Below are positions 1 through 11,960 of a DNA stretch of 64,000 nt, in pieces. The notes beneath the pieces were generated by a model, which saw only the letters and a program-made list of their open reading frames with translations, ran no database searches and had not been told where the DNA came from. Origin of the DNA: Podarcis vaucheri (lineage: Eukaryota); the NCBI GenBank assembly GCA_965113315.1, contig OZ220368.1; one strand, 5' to 3'. The position numbers and the translations under genes are program-made. The first letter of the stretch is position 1. Every line of letters starts with the position of its first letter.

Positions 1-2447
1 TCACAGTTGTAAGGAAGTTTGGAGAGGGAGGTAAATGAAGTTTCCTGGGTCAACTGCTCTCAGCTTCCCCAGAGTACAGCAAAGTCTGCCAGGTCATGCC
101 ATCTAGCTAATGCCCGCCAAATCTTAATACATATCCTCTCCCTTTTAATTTAGATGCTTTTCGAAGCCATTCTTCTATGGCCCTGTGCCTTGGTCCCTGG
201 GAGAGGACAGTCACATTTCCTGCCAGGTTCTCCATCTGCCATTGACAGTGAGAGCCCCTTAAGCTTTGCTTTCTCCAAGAAACAGAAACCTTTGCAAAAA
301 CAAAAACAAAACAGGTACTGAGATTTTTTTCATGCAATGACCTGGGCTGATCATATTCTTAAATGGTTTGCAGGGAGAAGGTAGGGACAGATGTACTTAT
401 CACTACATTGGGGCAGATTTTTTCGTTTCTAGCTCTGATAATCATATCATCAGGCATCACCGAGGTCAACGGCTGGGGAAAGCATTTTCCAGGAGAAGAC
501 GAGAGACAGGCAAAGGCAGTGTGGGAAAATCCCTGGAGGCTGTTTTCAGCAAGTCTATTTTGGACCCTCTCATAAATTGAGAGCAGCTTTGGAAATCTAA
601 GACCTTTGAGACCACAGAAGGGGCTGGTAATGCCATCTTTGGAATGTCTGGTTTCGGGATTTGGCTGTTTGGCTGGAAGAAAACATGTTGGATGTATGTG
701 CATACACCTATACCATACCTGCAATGGAGGATAATGTTTCATGCAGCTGATGAAGTGGACCCCAGTCCATGAACGTTTATGTCCACCAAAACCTGTTAGT
801 CTTTAAGGTGCCAAAAGAGTATTTGCTGCTTATGATGGTTATAGAGAGTCCAACCACCCACCAACGCACACATTTTAATGTGAACTCTGCCAGGATCTAG
901 GCTGAGCTCAGAGTGTTCCCTTGCATTTTTTACACCTCTAAATGCCAGCAATGCTTCTGGATGTGAGACAGAGAGAGCTAAGAGTATATGTGCCAGCATT
1001 TACGTGATAGGTGTGACTAAGGAACCAGAGATATGAACCACTACTTCTTGAGTATAAAAGCAAGAGCGTATGGCTGGATGTGAATAATGCATTTGATTTA
1101 TGCGTACATTAAAAAGCAAACGCATGTGGAGATTGCCTCTATTAATTTGTGTGGGTTTGAATGGGAATGAAGTGGGTGTGTCTCCATCAGTAGGCATGAA
1201 AAAGTATCTCTCAAAGCGAAAAAGCAGGCAAGTAGCAGGTGGCTTCCCATCAGGCTGTATTTCTTGTTCCGGAACTTGCAAATAGGTAGGAATGGCAGGT
1301 ATCACTAATCTGCTTGCAAGTTAGAATTCTAAAAGATGAAAATAAAATTTACTTCTATCATGGGTGAAACAAGTGGGTTGCATCACAGCTTCCTTAAACA
1401 AAAGGACAGCTTGTTTTTGAATAGTGGATCAAAGAGGACAATAAATAGAAAGAAAGGTTGGGGGCAATGTACCCTCCTTGGGTCGTCAAGGGCAAACTCC
1501 CACCCACAGCTTCTTCTTTCTTTGGCTGCTTAAGACATGAATTTCTGTGCACACGCATGTAAGCATAGACACAAGAGAGAGGTGTGAAAGGACACATGTA
1601 AGCCAGTGGTGAACCTGGAAGAAGCATAGGAGGGAAATATATAGGTCCGTGGTCCCTAATCAGCTAAGTACTACAGACCCCTGTTTTTCAAAAGTCATGG
1701 ACCCACGACTTATGAAAATTTTGATCTCTCTATGGTAGTTTTTGTTATGTGATCCCCACTCATAGAGGTAATTATTACTGGGCTTTCCTAAAAATATTTC
1801 AGATCTTGAATTCCATGAGTGGAAGAGGGGACAGCATGCATAATGCTGGGGCAGACTGCTCCAAGGCTGCCTTGGGAATCTGAAGGCCTTGTGTTTGCCT
1901 ACTGAGAGTTGTGCTGGGATGATCGTTGTCTGGGGTGGGGGCAAGCCACATCCATACAAATTCAGGGGTGCTGTTTTACTCTATGTGTGTGTATAAAAAG
2001 AAAAGAAACACACACACAGAGAGAAAATAAGAACCGAGACGCTGCCCTCTCACGTTTGTGCCAGCAAGGGAGAGCAAGGAGAGAAGGTCACATGAAGGGA
2101 AAGAGGAAGAGAAAATAGCAGCGAATGAGCAGGAGGGTCATCACAAAGAAAAGAAAGAAACTCGACTCAAAAGCCTTCAAGAGTGGATGCAATCCCATAC
2201 TGCCCATAACAAAAATGTCTCAAACTGAATGTAACTCATGGAAATAATTTAGTAACAACATTTTGAAACAAATGTTAAAAATGAAATGTGAAGCAACTGT
2301 TGTCTCTGGAGAGAAACAAAAGACGTAACAATGGGGTGGCGCAGGAAGGGTAACTGAGTGATTGGGGGCCCATGAGGATCTGGCCAGTGTGTGGGGAGCC
2401 CCCCCCCCGCTCCCATAGGTGCCCCCACCAAATGCCCATCAACTCAC

Positions 2448-3080
2448 CCTGGCTGCCCGGGATGAATAGGGATCCTCAAAGAGTGCCCACATCCGGGGCT
2501 GCCAGCTGCGGCAACAGCCTCCTGCTCCCGTGGCCCCCGGTGGCCTGTCGTCCATGCCCAGGCGCTGCAGAGCCATTTCCCGGGCTCCTTCCTCCTCGTT
2601 CTCCTCGCCAGCCCCGGGCTCCGGGCTCTCGAAGATATCCAGGGCTTCCTCGGCATCGCGGTGCTGCCGGTAGGTCATCCAGCAGCAGGGCTCCACGTCG
2701 GTCTCGTCGATGCCCCAGTAGGTGAGCTCCTCTTCGAAGAGGGGGCCGCACACGTCGGCGGGGCAGTGCAGCTTGCCCGTCCGGTAGTAGTTCAGCACGT
2801 AGGAGAAGATGCCTGGGTGGCGGTCGAAGAAGAACTCCTTGCTCTGCCCGTCGAAGTCGAAGTTGCTCTGGGCGTCCGGGTCGGCCAGCCAGGCCAGGCG
2901 GGTGCCTGGCAGGGTGCGCAGGGTGCTCTTGTACGTCTCATGCCGGGTGCCCCCCACGTTGATAGTGATCTTGTCCGACTCTTCGCCTTTGGCCATCTCT
3001 TCCTTCAGGCATGTTTTGGACGGTGGCTTGTTCCCGGATTTGCGCCCGCGGTAAGAGGAGACACACACCGAGCTGATCAT
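2448..3080 (-). CDS. KCNC4: Kv3.4 voltage-gated K+ channel, first coding exon (N-terminal inactivation peptide + T1 domain), 211 codons; gene continues left of window
   Basis: Translation begins [28 protein letters not shown] (Kv3.4 inactivation ball) and has T1 motifs [41 protein letters not shown]. Donor AGG|GTGAGT at 2448/2447, phase 0. Confidence 0.97.
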
Positions 3081-5200
3081 AGATCAGGTTAGGTGGCCCG
3101 CAGGTGCCCTCGGATGACCCTTCCCGTCCGGCAAGGAGCTGCGCTGGGCGGCTGGGCGAGGACGCGCGCTCTCGCTCTCTCCCAGGCAGGAGCGGGGGGT
3201 CTCAGAGGTTGGCCGGGACTGGCATTCAGCTCGGAGCAGGCACACTCCTTCTCGAGAGAGAGGGAGAGCGTCTTTGTGTGCGCGCGTGTCTCTCTGTGTG
3301 TGCGTGCGTGGCCGTGGAGGAGGCCAGCGGGAAGTGTTCTGCTCCTCAGCCACCGAGCAGCAACAAGTGCCTCGACGGAGGGGGAGCCGAAGACCAGACA
3401 CGGAAGGAAAGGGGCCTGGCTGGCGAGCCGGAGAGCTACAGGATTCGCCCCCCCCCCCCTGCCTGGAGGCAGAACTGGAAGCAGATGGCAACGGAACTGG
3501 TGCGCGCGTGTTTATCGAGGGCACAGGAGTCTGGTAAAGAAAAACACCGTGTTAGGAACAAATCAGACGGATATTGCAGCAGCAGGAACAGGAGGAGGAA
3601 GAAATCATCTCCTCTCCTCTTTTCTCTCTTCTGGTCCTCAGCAGGTTGCTGAGTCTTCCCAAAGTGGAGAGGAGAGAGGGCTTGACTTGACTTTAAACTT
3701 TGAAAGAGCTCCAGTGTTGGATTCCCACGCTGGTTCTCTCTCTCTGACACAGATCTGCAAACAACTCACTCCCGGGGTCTCGCCGTTCCTGCCTTCTTGG
3801 ATTGCCGCGCTTCGCCTTGGCTCCCAGGCAGGTCAACGCGCGATCAAGAAACAAACAAGCAAACCATGGACGTCTCCCGCGCTCGAGGAAGGAGCCGCCG
3901 CCGCCGCCGCTTATTTCCTAGACGTGAGCCTCCGGGCGAGGAAAGCCGAGCGAACCAGGCGCACCATCCACCGCTGCTTCTGCTTGACTGAGCTGGTTGC
4001 CCTCAGGAGAGAGGGGGGCGCGGCGAGGTCCAAGCAAGGCTGATGAGGAGAAGCCGCTTCAAGCTGCCGGCAAGACGCGCTTTCCGTCGGAGGTGGCCGT
4101 CGTCGGGTCCAGCTGGGACTGCGCTTTCCTCACAACTGCTGCCGGGAGAGACGGCGAAGGGTCTTGCCGGCCTTCAGGTGCGCCTGCGAAAGAACTGGAG
4201 GAAGCCGAGCCCGCTCCGAGCTGCCTCATGGTCGGATGGTGGGAGGGCGAGAGGGAGGGAGGGAGGGAAGAAGGGAGGGAGGAAGCACCGCGCACCGCCT
4301 GGGCGACTTGGCCTCTTTCTTGCCACCCCTCCCCTCCGACAGGGCTGGGAGGGGCAGCCTGCAGGGAGAGGGGGGGCTGGTCACCAGGGGCAACTGGGGG
4401 GCCGCCCAGAAGTTGGGGGCGGGCGGAGAGGAGCCATGGACAGCTGCCGCCCGAGTTGCGCTCCCCGCGCCAGGCTCTCTGTTGCGCGATGCCCTGCGGC
4501 GTCGAGGCTCCACGGAAGAGCCGGAGCGCACAGCCTCCTCCTGGCCTTCGGCTCGAGGCAGCCGACGGAGGCGGGAGCATTTCGCCCCTTTGTCCAGAGG
4601 GGGCGCTCTGCGGAGGGCAGCGCGAGCAGGACGGCTCCGGCGGCTCCGCAGCCAGTGGCTTCCCGCCGCCTGTTGCCCGGATACTGGGCGCTTCAATTCC
4701 CAGCCCGGCTCGGCTGGGCTCGTCTCCCTCGCCTCGCAGGAGCTGCGCGGGGAGAGATTAACCCCGTCGGTGCCGGCGCGCTTTGGCAGCTCCGGCGCCG
4801 GCGGGGGTGTGGACGGGGCGGGACTGCCTGAGCTCTTCGGCGCGGCTTCCTCCTCCTCCTCCGGAGGGGGGCAACTCGAGACGGGGAACAAGCTGCCCTC
4901 GGAAGGGAGGGGCGAGCTGATGCGGAGAGTCCTCTTTGGGGAGCTGGCATGAGAGAGGGGGCGAGCGAGGCCATCCCAAAAACCCCACCAGTATAATTTT
5001 TCCGCCTTTCAGATTCAGAGGAGGAAGTTGCGGTCGTGAGAAAGAGGGGGAAGGAGGGTCGTCCTCCCATCGCCCCAAATCATCATCCACAGCGTCACAC
5101 AACGGCACCTTTCGGCGTCTCAGAGGAAGCACCTTCAACGTGGCGAACATCCTGCTTTGCCGCCCCCCAGCTGGAGGTTCTGAGAATGGGGCATCCCAGC
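2450..5200. promoter_or_regulatory. CpG island covering KCNC4 promoter, 5'UTR and first coding exon
   Basis: Very GC- and CpG-rich compared with CpG-depleted flanks; boundaries approximate. Confidence 0.85.
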
Positions 5201-5229
5201 TCCCAGGATGGCACGTGAAAGCAAAGTCT

Positions 5230-5392
5230 AAGTAGGTTGCATGCCTAGAGGTCCCAGTTTCAATCCCTGGTGGGGAGTTGGAAAAGTCTTCAGTCCGAAA
5301 TGCTAGAGATCCGTTAACCAAGCCGTGTAGACAAGGCTGTACTAGATGGATCAATAGTCTGACTCGGTTATAAGGCTGCTTCCTCTGCATCT
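5230..5392 (+). mobile_element. Degenerate tRNA-derived SINE with L2-like tail (Squam2/Anolis SINE2-like)
   Basis: B-box-like GGTCCCAGTTTCAATCCC and tail CTAGATGGATCAATAGTCTGACTCGGTTATAAGGCTGCTTCCT, similar to copies at ~44230 and ~47690. Confidence 0.55.
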
Positions 5393-7175
5393 ATGACACG
5401 GGGTCCCTCTGGACGAGCTGTTTATTGAACAGTCAGTCATTTGCTTGTACAAAAATCATGGGGACGTTCGATTCTTTCTGGTCTTTCTTGAGAGTTTGTT
5501 CTGATTTATTTGTGGGGCAGTTATAGGACAATGAGCATCCACCCTGATTTGCTTGCAGGGTGTTCCCACGTCTTCCTGTTAGTTAGTCATTCATTCATCC
5601 CATGCTTTTCAATGCATATTTCCCAAACTGCAAAATAATAGTAATAACCGGTTCGTTTTTAAAGAAGATTTGTTGCACTATGAAACCCCTTTAATGCACT
5701 TCAACTGTGCAAACTTAAAGTAGCAATGTGCACTTGAATCCCTCCCCCACAATAATGACAGCTTGGAGGCAGTATCAATCTTGTGTGCAGAGCGCCCTTG
5801 ACCAATTCACCAGTCTCTGTTGTTTTCGAGCCTAGGAGTTGGATATAGGGAAAGGGTGGGCAGACTTCAGGCTTGTGAGATCTACTTTGTTCTTCCAATA
5901 GAACCCCAAGATCTGACATCTAGAGTCAGGTGCAAAAGACAGACAGTTAGCATTAAAAGAACAAGGTGCCTCTGGGCACATTCTGAACCTAGGGATTCGT
6001 TTCCAGAACCAGAAAAGAACTGAGCTGTCTGGCTTTCACACAACCCCACTCCATCTGATTTAGCAGCCAAATTTAGGTGGAATGAATAGTTTTGTTCTGG
6101 CTGTTGTTAAACACTTGAAGGCCAGAACCTCTTGCCAATCTACTGCAAACCACCCAGAAATCTGTCAGTAGTTCCTGATCTGCGCACCCATGATATAGTC
6201 TTTAAGTGGGCATGTATTATCTACCTAGCGAAGCAAAACTTTGATGCTGAAAAGGCCTTGTGCAGCTTAACCCTATTATGCAAAATTACTCAAGGGAAGC
6301 CCCATCGGACTCAGCAAAATTTGTTTCTAAGGTGACATGTTTGTTGAGCATTCATACTGATTTGTTCACAGGAAGGTTAGACAGTGGTTGGCTATCTAAC
6401 AAGCATTTGTTCTGATTTGTTTTTAGGGAGGTTAAATACGCTTTCCAGTATATTTCCCTGTCACTTCATTATTTGCATATAGTCCAATATTTGGGGAAGG
6501 GAAGTGGGTTTGTTGTGCAAACCAACCCCCAGTTAGCTGTGATCATGCAACCTGAGTTTGCCAGTATGTGTTTGATTCCCACTCAAAAATAGCAACAGTC
6601 TGAAAGCTCCCTAGGCCAATGTGCCTAGACTCTGATCCAACTGTAGCTGTTATTACCATTGACTGTTCCCCTGCTGGCAAGAATAAGAGTGTGTCTTCTC
6701 GTATATTATTTGTGTACCACTGTGTGTGTTGTTAATGTGGACTAGAAAAGCGTTTCCTCTATTTAAATCTAATGGGCACTTGAGTTGATGTAAGATTTAT
6801 AATTATGTGCAAGCTGCAGACAGAGAGAAAAGAAAAATCACTTAAACAGAAAAATTCTATACACCAATTATGCTGGGTGGGGAGAGACGCACTGCTGCTA
6901 CATTGGCAGAACAGCTGCTGGGCTCAGCTGGAGAAAACATGCAAAACACGCGCACACACACACACACACCATCCAAAAATGGTGTGAAAACAACAGGTGC
7001 CCCCATCCCTGCAAATACTGCCAAAACCCACCAATTAGGAACTTTGCTGGTGATGATGCCTGCATACAACCCACAGAGAGAGAGGACCAATAAACTCACA
7101 ATGATGGGGTACAGCACAACATGTACAATGATGCCAAAGCATCCCCAATTCACCAGTCCCAACAGCTCAGGCAGC

Positions 7176-7426
7176 CAGAGGCGGAGCAAGGCAGGTGTGG
7201 TCTGCACCATCCCTGAGGGGGGTGACATTGCTGTGCTCGTGGTGGGCTGTGCACCCCCGGGAGGCTCGCGGTGGGCAGGCACACCCCCCACACCCCCGGG
7301 GTGCTCGTCCCACCCCCCTGTGACATTTGCCGCACCCCTGGGACACTTGCCCCACCCCCGCGAGCAGCTAGCCCTGCCCCCCGGTGCATGCCGCTCTGGG
7401 TGCCAGAGCACCTAGCTCCGCCTCTG
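7176..7426. mobile_element. Non-autonomous hAT-type DNA transposon (MITE), 251 bp
   Basis: TIRs CAGAGGCGGAGCAAGG / CCTAGCTCCGCCTCTG (15/16 match); exact 8-bp TSD CAGGCAGC at 7168-7175 and 7427-7434. Confidence 0.85.
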
Positions 7427-7609
7427 CAGGCAGCAATGACCCTCAACTGCCAGTCTCCAGGCAGGGATACAGGAATGGGTTCAAATCCCCTTATGCTCCT
7501 CCCTGGCATAGGTTTGGAGGGCAGCACACAAAAAGGGAAGGAAGGAGAGACCACATGGCACAGTATCCACACAGCTACCTGGGCAGGATGCTGAGCACAC
7601 ACAGCCCTC

Positions 7610-8030
7610 ATAAGAACCTCAGTTTTGGTGAGTCAGTCCAGAGTCCCATCTAGTCTAGCATTCTGTTGTTCCAGTGACCAACCAGGTGCCTTTAGGAAAC
7701 CTGCAAGCAGGGCACAAATGGAACAGAACTCCCCCTACTTACCATTCCCTGCAACTGGTATTCTGATGCATACTGCATCTGACAGTGGAGGCAGAACATA
7801 ACCATCATGGCTAGTAGCCAAAGCTAGTCTTCTCCTCCATTAATTTCTCAGGCTCTATGTTAAAGACATCTATGCTGGTGGCGGCCACTCCTCCTTGTGG
7901 GAGCAAATGCCATTGTTTAACTGTGCGCTGCATGAGTAAGTACTTTCTTTTCTCTATCCTGAATCTTTTCAACGTTCAACTTCAATGGACACCACTGAGT
8001 ATTAGGAGAGAGGGAGAAAAACTTCTCTCT
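7610..8030 (-). mobile_element. CR1 LINE 3' fragment (degenerate)
   Basis: Resembles squamate CR1 3' end; homologous to blocks at ~8195-8370 and ~62640-63420. Confidence 0.6.
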
Positions 8031-9939
8031 GCCTACTTGCTCCTAATGGTGCATAGTGGAAATTCTGCTTCTCGTATAAACCTGAGCCTTTCTTCCAGAC
8101 TTCTCCAGGAAGCCTTGCTGGAAATTTGAAGTTTCATATTTTAGAGATGATGAGTTTCAGAGATGGGGTAAATTCTCTAGAGTAAAACACAAGCCAATGG
8201 CTCATTCAGTCCAGCATCGAGTTCTCACAAGATGCCTGTGTGAAACCCGCAAGCAGGATCTGAGCACAAGAGCGAGCCCTCCCCCCCTCTTGCAGTTTTC
8301 AGCAACTGGTATTCAGAAGTATACTTCCTTCAGCTGTAGAAGCAGAGCAGAGCAATTGTGGCTAGTAGCTTGCTGTTGGATGTATTCAATATTGTATTGC
8401 ACCCAAAAAAACTGTATATTTTGAGAGTATATTTTGTGTGTGTTTCTGAAAATTGTAGTAACTCTAGCAATGTTACCAACACAGGTCTATCACCTTGTTG
8501 TTTTAAAGCAAATGGGCTTATTTCTGTGACATCTATGCATTAATACTTGGCCCCAGTGAATTAATGCTCAGTCAGGTATAAAGTTGACCGGGGGTAGAGG
8601 ACCTGTGGTCCTCCAGATGTTGTGAGACTCCAGCTCCCATCAGCCCTAGCAAGCATGGCCAGTGGTCAAAGATGATGGGAGGTGGAGTTTATCATCTATA
8701 AGATTATAATTGGATTTCCCAGAGCCCAGATTGCCTCATACTTTGGGCTTATTTCCATCACCCAAAGAAAGTAGGGGTTTTTTCTTTTTAAAAAAGATTG
8801 TAATTAAGTCATAAAGAGCAGCTCAGAACTGTATTATGGGGAAAAGGTTCCGCTTAGTTCTGCCTGAGCCAAAGGAGCCTGGTAAATGGAAGGAATTAAA
8901 TTAGCAGAGCAAGGACTAGCAATCCAGCCAGGCAAAGTATCTGCATTTAGAACTGCAGTTATGCTCACTGTTTGCACATTTGGAATGATCCTCCATCAGC
9001 CAATGCTGTCTGCTGTTAAGGGTGCAGAGCTCAGCCCCAAAACTAAAGAAAGTGCCAGCCTGTAACACTGTTATCATTAAGGCAGAAATCATTGGTATGA
9101 TGAATGGATTAGGCATAGATTTTCTACCCCAAATACCATGGTTAACTAATTGGCTAATCTCTAGAAGCAGCAACAAAAACATGAAACATTAAAAGGGAGC
9201 CGGTGTAATTGGAAAGATTCCAAAGTAAGTCTTTATCAAATTATCTCTCATTTCTGACTAATTATTAGTGGTGCTGCTCTGCTTTTTTGGGGGATGCCAA
9301 AGCATTGTACTCCGCTATCAACATAAAGCAAGGATAATGCCTTGATAATTACCCTGTACCAAGGCAGCAGAGATTATGGACAGTCAGGGAAGTGGGGGCC
9401 GGGATGAGGGATCCACCTCAATGTCAGGGTGATAGCAAGAACCAATACAGGTCCAGAGTAGGATTGGTTTTGCATGTATATGTGTGGTGTGAGGTTGAGG
9501 GGTTCATCCAAATTTGGGGTGTCATTGTGACCAAAACTCTTAAGATAGACCAAAACGGAGGGAGTTAATGATTATGGGGAGGAGCTTACAGTTGTAGTGG
9601 GATGTTCCTCCTGCTCTTTTGAACTGTTTTCTTCTTTTCGGTAAGATTTTAAAAGTTAGCAGCTTTGATAGTGTAGCAACAATGTTCTGACGACCACCCA
9701 TGTGCTATGGCAGTAGCCAACAAAGGAGGCAATTTTAGGCAAAGTTAAAGAAGAGCAGGAAAGAAAAGAGCAGGAAGGATAAGAACTGCCCCCACTACAA
9801 TTGCAAGCCCCCCCAAAAAAAAACTGTTTGGGAGGTATTTTAGGACCCAAATTCAAATGGAAAAAAAAAGGCCAACCCTCCCCCTCCCAATTCATCACCT
9901 GCAGATGGAGTGATGAATTGAGAGAGCAATGGTTTAGGG

Positions 9940-10044
9940 AAGGCATAGGCAAACTCCGGCCCTTCAGGTTTTGTGACTACAATTCCCATCATCCCCGACC
10001 ACTGGGCCTGTTAGCTAGGGATGATGGGAATTGTAGTCCCAAAC
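9940..10044. mobile_element. Truncated hAT-like MITE of the common ...GACTACAATTCCCATCATCCC... family
   Basis: Internal inverted repeat GACTACAATTCCCATCATCCC / GGGATGATGGGAATTGTAGTC; related copies at ~8590, 18105, 30786, 41005, 55670, 58690, 63905. Confidence 0.65.
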
Positions 10045-11438
10045 AAGAGTGTGTCAGGCTGTCATTAGGTAAAAAAAGCACACTGTGCCTTACAGGTTAC
10101 CAGCATTCCTTCTTCCCATCTCACCCTTTTGCCCAGGAATAGAAGCACAAAGCTTTGCAGGACCATGGACAGATCACTGTGCCTGATTGAGTCCTAGCTC
10201 TGATTTATGCCTTCTATATCCTTTTAGGTCCAGCTCCATACCCACTCCACTGGCTGAGAAGTGAAGTCCTTAAAGAGACAGCCCTGGGTCTGGAAGCAAG
10301 TACTGTACCTTCCCTTTCCCCACTTGACATGTAGGGAGTCTATGCTTTTTGTGCCAAAGTAACAAAAATGCCAACGTATTGGAAAGGGAGGAAATCAACA
10401 AGATTAGAGGAGCTTTGGCCAGTTCCCATGGAGCAGGGAGACATCTTGTGCTTATACCAACACCACAGTGGCGTCACTTCTTTCACCAATCCCAGGGACG
10501 AGGCTGCTGTTAGTGCAGAACTCTTCCGACAATTTCTGTAGAATCAATCAGAAATTAAATAAATCCCTGTTCTTGGCATTTTAAACCTAATAACATGACC
10601 ACAATATATTCCACATTAGAAACAACTTGGCAGGAAAATATTTTCCTGTGGTTTCAAAAGTGTAAGTGATGGACGTGCATGCAGAAATCAGCCTGCGCAC
10701 CACGAGCCTAGGCATGTTTCCCTGGAGCAGTGGGGCAGTTAGGAAATTTTATATTCTGGAATCAGTGGCAACCCTACTTCCCAACATTGGGCAGTGAACA
10801 GTGGCTTTTTATCAATTAGCATTTGACACCACTTGATACATCCTCTTGAAGCAGTTGTCTTTGCCAGAGCAAGAGGATGCCCTTTACCTGTAGGAACATC
10901 TAGGATAGGCAGAAATGGGCTCTTACCTGGATATGCTGCTGGGACAGAAGAACTGTCAGTGATATGCTGCTGTGTGTTGCAATGTAGGCTGTGTGCTGGG
11001 CACGTGTCCCCATTGTCATGAGTTCATTGGCTCCCTCTAAGTTTGGGCGGCATGTGAGTCCAGCGGCTCCTTTCCAGTTGGTGTGTACAGGTCCTTCTTG
11101 TTGGTGCTGACCCATTTGTGGAATGCCCACCCTGGAGAGGTCTTCCTGTCTCCCTCATTACTGACTAGGAGAAATCTAAAAACATACCTGTTTACCCAGG
11201 ATGGATAATAGATAGTAGCCATGGCAACTATAACATTAATAACCGAGTGTATTTATTTGTTTTAAATGTTTTTAAAAGTTCTAAATGTTTTTAAAGTGCT
11301 TTCTGTTGTTTTTTTAAAAAATGTTTTAAAGTGTTTTAAATGTGTTTAATTTTAAATTGTACTGTTTTTACCTCTTGATGCTTGCCACCCTGGGCTCCTG
11401 TGGGGTGAAGGCAGGGATACAAAATTAATAATACAAAT

Positions 11439-11960
11439 TTGAGCGTATTACATTAATACTGGTCTGACTGCACTGGCTACCAATTAGTTTCCGGGCCCAA
11501 TTCAAAGTGCTGGTTTTGACCTACAAAGCCTTAAATGGCTCAGGACTGCAGCACCTCAAGGACCGCCTCTTTCCATATGAACCTACCTGGACCCTGAGAT
11601 CATCCTCTGAGGCCCTCCTTCATGTGCCTCGTCCTCGGCAACACGAGAACGGGCCTTCTCTGCAGTGGCTCCCCATCTGTGGAATGCCCTCTCCAGGGAA
11701 TTTCGCCTGCAGTCTTCATTAAACACCTTGAGGCACCAGGCAAAAAACATTCCTTTTTAATCAGGCCTTTGGTTGATCTGATTTACATCCTATGCCCTTT
11801 TAAAATGTGTTGGGGGGGGGAGGCTATTGGGTTGTTGTTTTTATTTTTATTATGTATTTTGTGGTTTTATATCTTGATTTTATTCTGTGAACCGCCCTGA
11901 GACCCCCAGGATAGGACGGTATATAAATTCAATAAGTAAATAAAACAAACAAACAAACAA
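11439..11960 (+). mobile_element. L2 LINE 3' fragment
   Basis: Encodes LHWLPISFRAQFKVLVLTYKALNG..LKDRL.PYEP..LRSS (L2 ORF2 C-terminus), then TGTGAACCGCCCTGAG and an A-rich tail. Confidence 0.8.

Noticed and set aside
3084-3524. 146-aa ORF in frame with KCNC4, ending TGA-TCT just before the ATG
   Set aside because: It starts at GTG, has no recognisable protein features, and the stop context is not a known readthrough motif. It is best explained as GC-rich UTR.
3093-5390. Many long overlapping ORFs (200-316 aa) on both strands
   Set aside because: Stop-codon scarcity in a CpG island; low-complexity Arg/Gly/Pro/Ala translations.
6857-7415. 184-aa and 181-aa ORFs, one with a hydrophobic stretch
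   Set aside because: They run through the hAT MITE and a CA repeat, with no domain similarity or splice support.
10156-10172. TGCAGGACCATGGACAG as a further RE1 site
   Set aside because: Two mismatches in the left half-site; cannot be separated from chance without PWM or ChIP data.
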